Shown here: positions 52,792 to 62,205 of the stretch, piece by piece
Numbering within the stretch: position 1 is the stretch's first letter
How the letters are laid out: every line of letters starts with the position of its first letter
Assembly (NCBI GenBank): GCA_947478395.1
Contig: CANJVR010000001.1
Span: forward strand, 736,001-800,000
DNA from: Opitutia bacterium
GTDB taxonomy: Bacteria > Verrucomicrobiota > Verrucomicrobiia > Opitutales > Opitutaceae
DNA length: 64,000 bases
Direction: 5' to 3'
Translations under genes and position numbers: made by a program
Notes under the pieces: model-generated
What the model was told of the DNA's origin: nothing
Database searches by the model: none
Seen by the model: only the letters and a program-made list of their open reading frames with translations

Positions 52792-54510
52792 TTAGGCGGG
52801 CGTCGAGGTCGGCGTTGCCGCCGGCTGCGGGGCACTCGGCTTGTAGTGCAGCGTCTCGCCCTCAACAAAAGACAGCGCGGCGAACGGCGTGGCGTCGAGC
52901 AGCAGGCCCGTGTCGGGAATGTTTTTGAACAGCATCGTGCCGACCGCCGGGACGTCCGCGCTGAGTGCGGGCCAAAGCGCGGCCACATCGCCACCGAGCG
53001 TCGCACCGCCGACCGCAGCCACGAGTTTCGCGAGGACGACGAGGTCGTCGGTCGCGCCGACCGGACCAGGGACAGCCTTCGTGAATTTCTGGATGCGAAA
53101 TTGCTGGTTCACGAACGTACCGCTCTTTTCAAAAACCGTGAGCGTCGGGAGAACGACCTTGGCCGCCGCGCTCGTGGGATTCGCGTGGGTGCCAAGATAG
53201 ATTACGGAAATTTTTCCGAGCTGGGCGGCGCTCAGTCCAGCGGCGGCCAGATCTTCGCCGACGGAAACGACTGTTTTTATTTTTCCGGCGTCGATGTCAG
53301 CCGCGAGCCCAGTGAGGTGCGCGGCGGGCAACGTCGTGATGAGCCCGGTGACGAGCGCACCGCGGACGTTCGGATTGCGATCGGCGGAGATGAGCAACTT
53401 GTCGCCCTGCCCCACCCGGCTGACGAGCTGCGCGGACGCGCCAAACGCAGCGGCGAGTTTTTTCGTCAGGAACTGTTCCTCGACGGTGCTGCGACCAGAA
53501 CCCACGATGGCGACCGAGCCCGCTTTCAGGAGTTGGACCGCGGCGTTGATCGCGATGTCGAGCGCGCTGTCGGTGCCGTTAACCGTGATCGCCGTGAGAC
53601 GCGTGTCGGCCTTGACCTGCTTGTAAAGGATGCGCGCGGAATCGGAGAGCCACGTGTCGTTGACCTCGTCGTTGCGGCGCGGAGTGATGCGATAGAGCGT
53701 GCCCTCGCGCGACCAGAGGACGGTGTTGGCGCCGACGGAAGACTCGGTGTCGATGCTGTTGGTTTGCTTGAGAAACCAGACGCGCATCTTGAAACGGAAA
53801 TCCGTCGAAGTGAGCGCGCCGACCGGACAAATATCGACGGTATTGAGCGAGTAATTGTTCGAAAGCGTCTTGCCCGGATAGCAGGTGAGCGTCGAATAAC
53901 TGCCGCGATCGGTGAAGCCGAGCACGTCGTCCTTCGCGATCTCCTTCGAGAAACGCACACAACGGGAGCAGAGAATGCAGCGCTCGTCGTCGAGTGTCAC
54001 GCGCGGCCCCAGCTGGGTGCGCTTCGGTTTGACGTTCTTCTGCTCGACAAAACGCGAATAGCCGCGGCCGTAATCGGTGGCTTGTTCTTGAAGTTTGCAT
54101 TCGCCGGCCTGGTCACAGATCGGGCAGTCGAGCGGATGATTAATGAGGAGAAACTCCATCACGCCCTGCTGGCAGTCCTTCACCATCGGGGTGTTGGTGC
54201 GAATGTGGAGGCCGGGCGAAGCGTTGGTGCCGCAACCGATCTGGGGACGAGGGATCCAGTTGATCTTCTGCTTGCCGGTGGCCGGATCCATGATCGGCGC
54301 CTTGGTGGCGGGATCGACGGCGGGCATGCCCATTTCGATGAGACACATCCGGCAATTCCCCGCGACCGTGAGCTTCGGGTGGTAGCAGTAATGCGGCACA
54401 TCGACGCCGACCAGGCGCGCGGCCTCGATCACGTTGGTGCCTTTGGGCACGGCGATCTCCTTGCCGTCGACGTTGACGGTGATGAGGTCGGGTTTGAGCG
54501 GAGCGATCAT
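52792..54510 (-). CDS. nuoG: NADH-quinone oxidoreductase subunit G (short form)
   Basis: HYCYHP, GNCRMC, HPLDCPICDQAGECKLQ, RCILCSRCVRF, DICPVGAL; 572 aa. Confidence 0.93.
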   Translation of the reverse strand: MIAPLKPDLITVNVDGKEIAVPKGTNVIEAARLVGVDVPHYCYHPKLTVAGNCRMCLIEMGMPAVDPATKAPIMDPATGKQKINWIPRPQIGCGTNASPGLHIRTNTPMVKDCQQGVMEFLLINHPLDCPICDQAGECKLQEQATDYGRGYSRFVEQKNVKPKRTQLGPRVTLDDERCILCSRCVRFSKEIAKDDVLGFTDRGSYSTLTCYPGKTLSNNYSLNTVDICPVGALTSTDFRFKMRVWFLKQTNSIDTESSVGANTVLWSREGTLYRITPRRNDEVNDTWLSDSARILYKQVKADTRLTAITVNGTDSALDIAINAAVQLLKAGSVAIVGSGRSTVEEQFLTKKLAAAFGASAQLVSRVGQGDKLLISADRNPNVRGALVTGLITTLPAAHLTGLAADIDAGKIKTVVSVGEDLAAAGLSAAQLGKISVIYLGTHANPTSAAAKVVLPTLTVFEKSGTFVNQQFRIQKFTKAVPGPVGATDDLVVLAKLVAAVGGATLGGDVAALWPALSADVPAVGTMLFKNIPDTGLLLDATPFAALSFVEGETLHYKPSAPQPAATPTSTPA

Positions 54511-54526
54511 CTCGGAAAGATTTGTT

Positions 54527-54626
54527 TTAAGCGCAAAGACGCAAAGGCGCGAAGTTCGGAGGGAAAGTTGTTTTAAGAGATTGGTTTTTGCGTTCGAACT
54601 TCGCGGCTTTGCGTCTTCGCGCTTAA
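54527..54626. repeat. Near-perfect TTAA-bounded hairpin element (8-mer arms), nuoF/nuoG junction
   Basis: Left ttaagcgcaaagacgcaaaggcgcgaagttcgga vs reverse complement of right ttaagcgcgaagacgcaaagccgcgaagttcgaa: 31 of 34 identical. Confidence 0.9.
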
Positions 54627-54638
54627 GGATTGGAAAAG

Positions 54639-56000
54639 TTAGATGAGCGCGCCCGCTTCGGACGGCTTCGCGGTTTTTTTGGTCTCGGGATACGCCTTAA
54701 ACTCATCGCCGAATTTCGCGATAAAGCTCTGGGTCGGCCACGAACACGCTTCGCCGAAGGCGCAAATTGTGCGGCCAGGAATTTGGTCGGCTACGCTCTT
54801 GAGCAGCGCGGCGTCCTCGGTCCGGGCCTGGCCATGAACCATGCGCGTGGTGATTTTCTTCATCCACAACGACCCCTCGCGACACGGCGTGCACTGGCCG
54901 CAGCTTTCGTGGGAGTAGAACGCGTTAATATTCGCGAGCGCTTCGACCATATTGACGGTGTCGTCCATCACGATCACGCCACCCGAGCCACCCATCGTGC
55001 CGATCATGCCGAGCGAATCGAAATCCATCGGCACATCCTCGACGCCCCAATCGTAGTCGACCATTTCTGCGCCGACCTTGCGCTTGCCTTTGTAGCGTTC
55101 ACCGAAGCGGAGAATTTTCGCGGACGAACCGCCGGGAATGACGGCCTTGAAGGTCCGGCCCGGCAACGGCCCGCCACAGACCTCATTGAGTAACTGGCCC
55201 ATCGTGATCCGGCCGGCTTCGAACTCGTAATAACCGGGCTTCTGCACGTGACCCGAAACACAGAAGATGCGCGTCCCCGTATTGCCCGGCGTGCCCACTT
55301 TCGTGAAGGCCTCGCCCCCGACATCCGCAATGAACTTCACGTGGCAGAGCGTCTCCACGTTGTTCACGATCGTCGGGCACTGATAAAGCCCCAGCACCGC
55401 GGGAAAATAGGGCGGCTTGATGCGCGGGTTGGCCCGCTTGCCCTCGAGGGACTCGATCAAGCCGGTTTCCTCGCCGCAAATATAGGCGCCGGCACCGCGA
55501 TGAACGAAAATTTCGCAGCTGTACGTCGATCCGAGAATATTCGGGCCCACAAAATTTGCCGCGCGCGCCTCGGCGATCGCTTTTTCCAAGATGCGTGCAC
55601 CATGCGGCATTTCGCCGCGGATATAAATGTAGGCCTGCTTCACGTTGTTCGCGAAACAGGAGATGATCGTGCCCTCGATCAGCTGGTGCGGATCCTGGTG
55701 CATGATGTACCGATCCTTGAACGTGCCGGGCTCGGACTCGTCGGCATTGACGATGAGATAGATCGGCTTGCCGCTCTTGCGATCAACCAGTCCCCACTTT
55801 ACGCCGCAGGGGAAACCCGCGCCGCCACGTCCGCGCAGGCCGGATTTTTTCACCTCGTCGATCAGTTCCTCGGGCTTGCGCGCAAACGCACGCTTCATCA
55901 CTTCGTAGCCGCCATGCTTCAGATAGCATGCGAGGTCGTTGGTATAGCCGGGCTCGTCGATGTGCTGAAAAATGATGCGACGTTGAGCGGGAGCGGGCAT
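54639..56000 (-). CDS. nuoF: NADH-quinone oxidoreductase subunit F
   Basis: GLRGRGGAGF, NADESEPG, GAGAYICGEET, ESCGQCTPCREG. Confidence 0.98.
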   Translation of the reverse strand: MPAPAQRRIIFQHIDEPGYTNDLACYLKHGGYEVMKRAFARKPEELIDEVKKSGLRGRGGAGFPCGVKWGLVDRKSGKPIYLIVNADESEPGTFKDRYIMHQDPHQLIEGTIISCFANNVKQAYIYIRGEMPHGARILEKAIAEARAANFVGPNILGSTYSCEIFVHRGAGAYICGEETGLIESLEGKRANPRIKPPYFPAVLGLYQCPTIVNNVETLCHVKFIADVGGEAFTKVGTPGNTGTRIFCVSGHVQKPGYYEFEAGRITMGQLLNEVCGGPLPGRTFKAVIPGGSSAKILRFGERYKGKRKVGAEMVDYDWGVEDVPMDFDSLGMIGTMGGSGGVIVMDDTVNMVEALANINAFYSHESCGQCTPCREGSLWMKKITTRMVHGQARTEDAALLKSVADQIPGRTICAFGEACSWPTQSFIAKFGDEFKAYPETKKTAKPSEAGALI

Positions 56001-56048
56001 GGCTGAAGTGGCGAGTGGCGAGTGAAAAGTGATGGGTTCGATCCGCGG

Positions 56049-56537
56049 TTACTTTCGCGCCGCGGCTTCGGCGCGGATTTGGGCGCTCAACTGTTTGGCC
56101 TTCGAAACGTCGACCTTCTCGTGGAGGTCGTCGTCGATCAACACGACGGGCGCCGTGCCGCAGCTCGCGAGACATTCGACGAAATCGACCGTCACTTCGC
56201 CGTCGGGCGAAACTTCACCGAGGTGCGTGTTGAATTCCTGCTCGAAGGCGGCGCAGGTTTTGTAGCCACCGACGAGCGCGCAGGAAAGCGTGCGGCACAC
56301 CTTGATGTGGCGCCGGCCGATCGGCTTCTGGCGGAACATCGGGTAAAACGTGACCACCTCGTAGACATTGATCGGCTGAATCTCGAGTTTCGTGGCGATC
56401 CACGGAATCGCGGCCTCCGGAATGAAACCAACGTCCTCTTGAATGAGGTGCAGCAATGGCAGCGTGGCGCTACGCTTCGTCGGGTAATGCGTGATCACCT
56501 CGTCGATCTTCGAAAGAGTTTCGGGCTTGAGATTCAT
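56049..56537 (-). CDS. nuoE: NADH-quinone oxidoreductase subunit E
   Basis: VTFYPMF, VCRTLSC, ECLASC [2Fe-2S] ligands; start placed at MNLKPE. Confidence 0.95.
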   Translation of the reverse strand: MNLKPETLSKIDEVITHYPTKRSATLPLLHLIQEDVGFIPEAAIPWIATKLEIQPINVYEVVTFYPMFRQKPIGRRHIKVCRTLSCALVGGYKTCAAFEQEFNTHLGEVSPDGEVTVDFVECLASCGTAPVVLIDDDLHEKVDVSKAKQLSAQIRAEAAARK

Positions 56538-56558
56538 TAACGCTGTAAAATTGAGGGG

Positions 56559-56633
56559 CCCACGGAACACAAAGAATGCACAGAAGGATCAATTCGGTTG
56601 GTTTTCATTCCGTGTGTTCTGCTTGTTCCGGGA
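56559..56633. repeat. Periodic-arm hairpin element (CACRGAA 9-mer), nuoD/nuoE junction
   Basis: Left ccacggaacacaaagaatgcacagaa; reverse complement of right arm tcccggaacaagcagaacacacggaa. Confidence 0.7.
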
Positions 56634-56641
56634 AAAAATCT

Positions 56642-57874
<1,233 letters not shown>

Positions 57875-57888
57875 CGAAATTAAATCGC

Positions 57889-57984
57889 GTGCCCGCTAAA
57901 CACGCAAAAATGCGCGGAAGATATCGAGTGGCACTTCAGATGAATTTTCATTTCCGGTATTTTTTTTCGCGTCTTTTGCGGGCA
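57889..57984. repeat. Periodic-arm hairpin element (CGCRAAA 9-mer), nuoC/nuoD junction
   Basis: Left gtgcccgctaaacacgcaaaaatgcgcggaa; reverse complement of right arm tgcccgcaaaagacgcgaaaaaaaataccggaa. Confidence 0.7.
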
Positions 57985-57987
57985 ACC

Positions 57988-58611
57988 TTATTCCGGTTTT
58001 TCCCGGCGTTCGTTCCAGCTCTCGTCCTTCGCGGACGGCTCGGCCTCGGTCATGCTCATCTCACCCGACGACGCCACAAAGGGGCCGCCGACCATCGGCG
58101 CCGCGATCACTTTGGCTTTCGTCTCCTCGGCGACCTCGAAATCGGGCAGCACGGTCTCGATACCAGCCAGCGGGAATTCCTTCCGCAAGGGATGATACGG
58201 ATAACCGTCCCACATCAAAATCCGGCGCAAGTCTGGGTGACCGGTAAACGTGATGCCGAACATATCGAACGCCTCGCGTTCGTGCCAGTTCGCCCCGCCC
58301 CACAGACTGACCACGCTCGGCATCGCCGGCGCGGCGTCATCCAGGCAATTCGCCGCCACCCGGATGTAATTATGCTGCGAGGTCGAATAGAGATGATAGA
58401 CCACCGTGAATCGCGGCGAAACCCCTTCCGCCCAGTCGATCGCGGTCAAATCGGCGAGGAAATCGAAGGCGAATTCGTCGCGAAGATATTTCAGGACGGC
58501 CAAGGCTTCAGCGGCCGGCACGTTGACCGCCGGATGATCGAGACTCGCGCGCGGAGAGGCCTGCGGGAATTTTTCCCTGAGGGCGGTGATGGCGTCGATG
58601 GTACCGGACAT
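57988..58611 (-). CDS. nuoC: NADH-quinone oxidoreductase subunit C
   Basis: ANWHEREAFDMFGI, GHPDLRRIL, HPLRKEFP. Confidence 0.96.
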   Translation of the reverse strand: MSGTIDAITALREKFPQASPRASLDHPAVNVPAAEALAVLKYLRDEFAFDFLADLTAIDWAEGVSPRFTVVYHLYSTSQHNYIRVAANCLDDAAPAMPSVVSLWGGANWHEREAFDMFGITFTGHPDLRRILMWDGYPYHPLRKEFPLAGIETVLPDFEVAEETKAKVIAAPMVGGPFVASSGEMSMTEAEPSAKDESWNERREKPE

Positions 58612-58659
58612 GGCGTGGAGTGAAAAGGACGGCGCGAAAGGAAAAATGGTCCGGCGCGT

Positions 58660-59169
58660 TTAAGCCGTCAGCAGATTCTTGGCCGACGGCTCACGGCGGA
58701 CCTTATCCTGCAATTTCATGAGGGCATCGAGCAGAGCCTCGGGCCGCGGAGGACACCCGCTAATATATACATCGACCGGCACGATGCGATCGACCCCCTG
58801 AAGCGTGGCGTAACTGCGGTACATGCCGCCCGAGCTGGCGCAGGCGCCCATGGCAATGACCCACTTCGGCTCGGCCATCTGGTCGTAAATGCGACGGACC
58901 GACGAGGCCATCTTGTAGGTGACGGTGCCCGCCACGATCATGCAATCGGATTGACGGGGGGAAAAACGCATGACCTCGGCGCCAAAGCGCGCGATGTCGA
59001 ACCGACTCGACGCCGTCGCCATCAATTCAATGGCGCAGCAGGCCAGGCCCATGGGCATCGGCCACATGGAATTGGCGCGGATCCAATTGATGACCGCATC
59101 CGCCCGTGAAACGATGAGCTCGCCCTCAATCTTGCTGTTGTAGCCGAGCTCGGAGTTGGGGGAGACCAT
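58660..59169 (-). CDS. nuoB: NADH-quinone oxidoreductase subunit B
   Basis: [30 protein letters not shown]. Confidence 0.98.
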   Translation of the reverse strand: MVSPNSELGYNSKIEGELIVSRADAVINWIRANSMWPMPMGLACCAIELMATASSRFDIARFGAEVMRFSPRQSDCMIVAGTVTYKMASSVRRIYDQMAEPKWVIAMGACASSGGMYRSYATLQGVDRIVPVDVYISGCPPRPEALLDALMKLQDKVRREPSAKNLLTA

Positions 59170-59377
59170 GGTGAAAGTGATGGAGAATTTCGGACGCTAA
59201 GATTGCGGACCGTAGCAACCGCGTTAGGTCGCGCAAGGAGGTTTTCGGAAAACCTCCCGCTAGTAATATTTCCACTAGCCCCGCGTAGATTTGCCGTTGA
59301 CCCACGGAGGCGGGCCGGCCCTTGTTTCACCCTTCGCCCGTCGAGCGACGCGTTTCCGATGCGTCGTCCGAACACCC

Positions 59378-59467
59378 GGAGAGGTGGCAGAGTGGTCGAA
59401 TGCGCATGATTGGAAATCATGTGTCCTCGCAAGGGGACCGGGGGTTCGAATCCCTCCCTCTCCGCCA
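59378..59467 (+). tRNA. tRNA-Ser(GGA)
   Basis: GGAGAGGTGGCAGAGTGGTCGAATGCG-CATGATT-GGA-AATCATG, long variable arm GTCCTCGCAAGGGGAC, GGTTCGAATCC, CCA end. Confidence 0.96.
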
Positions 59468-59668
59468 TCCTTTGCTCGTTGAGCTTCGGATGGCACGGCC
59501 AACTTGGGCCAGCGCTTGATTCACGTCCGCCGCACGAAGGCTAATTTCAAGACATGGCACGGCCGAATTCGCCCGGCTTCTGAAGCTCACTATCGACTTG
59601 GCGGCGTGATGCCGGTCGCGTCGCTTGACCTGACATCGCGATTTGCGATTTCAAAGCGCGAGATTTTC

Positions 59669-60202
59669 ATGAGCGATCCCGCTATTATTCCCGCGCCCGA
59701 AATCCAGCAGCGCATCCATTCAATTCGCGGCAAGCGGGTGATTTTGGACGCCGATCTCGCGCGATACTACGCTGTCGGCACGCGCGATCTCAACAAAGCC
59801 GTCGCGCGCAACCTCGACCGCTTTCCAGAAGATTTCGCCTTTATGCTCACGCTGGAAGAGACCCGCGCTTTGATGTTCCAAGCTGGAACATCAAAGTCCG
59901 GCCGCGGCGGCGTGCGCAAGCCTGCCCGCGTCTTCACCGAGCAGGGCGTTGCCATGCTCGCCGGCGTGCTGCGGAGTCCACGCGCCGTCGCTATGTCGAT
60001 CACGATCGTCCGGGCTTTCGTGCAGATCCGCGAGCTGTTGGCCCAACATCGCCAGCTCGCCGGGAAACTCACGGAGCTGGAGCGCAAGCTCCAAGGCCAC
60101 GATCACGCCATCGCCAATCTGTTCGAGGCCATTCGTCAGCTTCTGGCTCCGGACGGCCCGCGTCACCGCCGCAAGATTGGATTCCATCAAGGCAATCGCT
60201 GA
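59669..60202 (+). CDS. ORF6N-domain putative DNA-binding protein with C-terminal coiled coil
   Basis: IHSIRGKRVILDADLARYY, AVARNLDRFPEDFAF, FTEQGVAML..VLRS, IVRAFV, RRKIGF. Confidence 0.92.
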   Translation: MSDPAIIPAPEIQQRIHSIRGKRVILDADLARYYAVGTRDLNKAVARNLDRFPEDFAFMLTLEETRALMFQAGTSKSGRGGVRKPARVFTEQGVAMLAGVLRSPRAVAMSITIVRAFVQIRELLAQHRQLAGKLTELERKLQGHDHAIANLFEAIRQLLAPDGPRHRRKIGFHQGNR

Positions 60203-60502
60203 AGCTAGCGCCGATCGTTGCGCTTAGACGTCCCCCGAATTTTTACCCGGGAGTTGCCAATCGCCTCACCTCCCAAGACACTCCGCGCTCTTCGTCGAGT
60301 GCGCCCCTCTCGCCGAGATTCAACAAGAGGTCATCCTCGAGCACAACCGCCACCCCCGGAATCGCGCCGAACTCACGCCCGCAAACCGCGTCGCCCACCA
60401 CGACAGCCTCAGGCTGCAGGACCAGCTTGAGCCCAACCCCATAAAAAATTCCGACCACCCTGCGCCACTCCGGCGCAGCGCGCTGAAATCACCCCCCCCC
60501 TC

Positions 60503-62197
60503 ATGTCATCGCTCATGGCTTCTTCACCTCGCACCCGCGATCCACGGATCGCTGTTTCACTCCTGAGCCTCGCAGTCGCGTTCGCGACTTTGCCTGCCCT
60601 TGCCCAGCCGGTGCCACTTCCGGTGGAAGAGCCCGGAGTTGCCGGCGCCGCGGCCGCGCCCGGCACCACCGCCCCCCGACCCCGCGATACGCCGGAAATG
60701 ATCGCCGCCGCGTTAAAGGATATTCCCGCTCCGCCGGCCGGGCCGTTTGGCGAATCATGGGCGTCCATCGAACAGCACTACAAAGACCCGGAGTGGTTTC
60801 GCGACGGCAAGTTCGGCATCATGATGCACTGGGGTATCTACTCGGTCCCGGCCCACGGCAGCGAGTGGTACGTCCGCTATATGTATGGCGGCAACAAAGG
60901 CATCATGGACTGGCACACCGAGCACTTCGGTCCGCCGACCAAGTTTGGCTACAAAGATTTTCTGCCGATGTTCACGGCGGCCAAGTGGGATCCGGATGCT
61001 TGGGCCGCGCTTTTTAAAAAGGCCGGCGCCAAATACGTCCTCGCGCCCGGCGAGCATCACGACGGTTTTTCCAACTGGGATAGCGCGATCAATCCCTTCA
61101 ACGCGAAAAACTACGGACCGCATCGCGATCTCGACGGCGACCTCATCAAGGCGTTGCAAAAGGTGGGCCTGAAAACCGGCATCTCCGATCATTCCTTCTT
61201 CCACTTCGTTTTCATTCCCGCCCTTCCCGGCAGCGATCAATACGACCCGAAGTGGGCCGCGTTTTACAGCGTCGCCGACCGCAGCGAGGCGGCGCGGATC
61301 AAGTTCATGCACGACTGGGTCGCGAAGCGGATCGAGACCATCGAGAAATATCATCCTGACATGCTCTGGTTCGACATGAACACGGACCACGCCACGGACC
61401 CGCTCAAGATTCGGGTGGCCAGCTACTATTTCAACTGGGCCCGGCAGCAGAACAAGGAAGTCGGCATCAGCGCTAAACAAGCCGCGTGGGTTTCGGGCCA
61501 GATCATGGATTACGAGCGCGAAGGCCGCTCGCCGATGGAGCTGACCGAATGGGTCTGGCAACCCGACGATCCCATCACGAACAAGTTTGGCTACGTCGAG
61601 GAGCAGAAGCCTTATCCCGCCGACCAGTTCGTCTGGAAGATCGTCGAGAACGTGAGCAAGAACGGCAATTTACTGCTGAACATTTCGCCCAAGGCCGACG
61701 GGACCATCCCGCAGGAGCAGCAAGACGTCCTGCTTGCGATCGGCCAATGGCTCGGGGTAAACGGCGAGGCGATCTACTCCTCGCGTCCGTGGATCAAATA
61801 CGGCGAAGGCCCCGCGGCCGAGGGCGCGGCGCAAGCGATGGTTGCGGCCCGCGCGAAAGGCTTCGCCGGCCGGCTCAACGGACAAAACCAAGGCGACCAA
61901 GTGGTCGGGGGTGGCGGACTGCCGCGCAAAGGCTACACGCCGCAGGACATTCGCTTCACCAAGCATGGCGACACGCTGTACGCGACGGTGATGAAATGGC
62001 CCGAGGGCGAAGCGGTGATCACGTCGCGCGCCACCGGCCAAGCGCCGCCCGGAAAAATCGAGCAGGTCGAACTGCTCGGCCACAAAGGACCGCTGGCGTT
62101 CACGCAGGACGCCGCCGGCTTGCACGTGAAGTTCCCCGCCCAACCACCCTGCGACTACGCCTACGCCCTTAAGATTACGGGCCTAAAATTGAAATAG
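60503..62197 (+). CDS. Alpha-L-fucosidase, GH29 (Sec signal)
   Basis: PEWFRDGKFGIMMHWG, EHHDGF, LWFD nucleophile region, SKNGNLLLN, NGEAIY. Confidence 0.92.
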   Translation: MSSLMASSPRTRDPRIAVSLLSLAVAFATLPALAQPVPLPVEEPGVAGAAAAPGTTAPRPRDTPEMIAAALKDIPAPPAGPFGESWASIEQHYKDPEWFRDGKFGIMMHWGIYSVPAHGSEWYVRYMYGGNKGIMDWHTEHFGPPTKFGYKDFLPMFTAAKWDPDAWAALFKKAGAKYVLAPGEHHDGFSNWDSAINPFNAKNYGPHRDLDGDLIKALQKVGLKTGISDHSFFHFVFIPALPGSDQYDPKWAAFYSVADRSEAARIKFMHDWVAKRIETIEKYHPDMLWFDMNTDHATDPLKIRVASYYFNWARQQNKEVGISAKQAAWVSGQIMDYEREGRSPMELTEWVWQPDDPITNKFGYVEEQKPYPADQFVWKIVENVSKNGNLLLNISPKADGTIPQEQQDVLLAIGQWLGVNGEAIYSSRPWIKYGEGPAAEGAAQAMVAARAKGFAGRLNGQNQGDQVVGGGGLPRKGYTPQDIRFTKHGDTLYATVMKWPEGEAVITSRATGQAPPGKIEQVELLGHKGPLAFTQDAAGLHVKFPAQPPCDYAYALKITGLKLK

Positions 62198-62205
62198 CCT
62201 GCCTC

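Noticed and set aside
59491..59572. TGGCAC motifs as sigma-54 promoters for ORF6N
   Set aside because: No GC at the required GG-N10-GC spacing.
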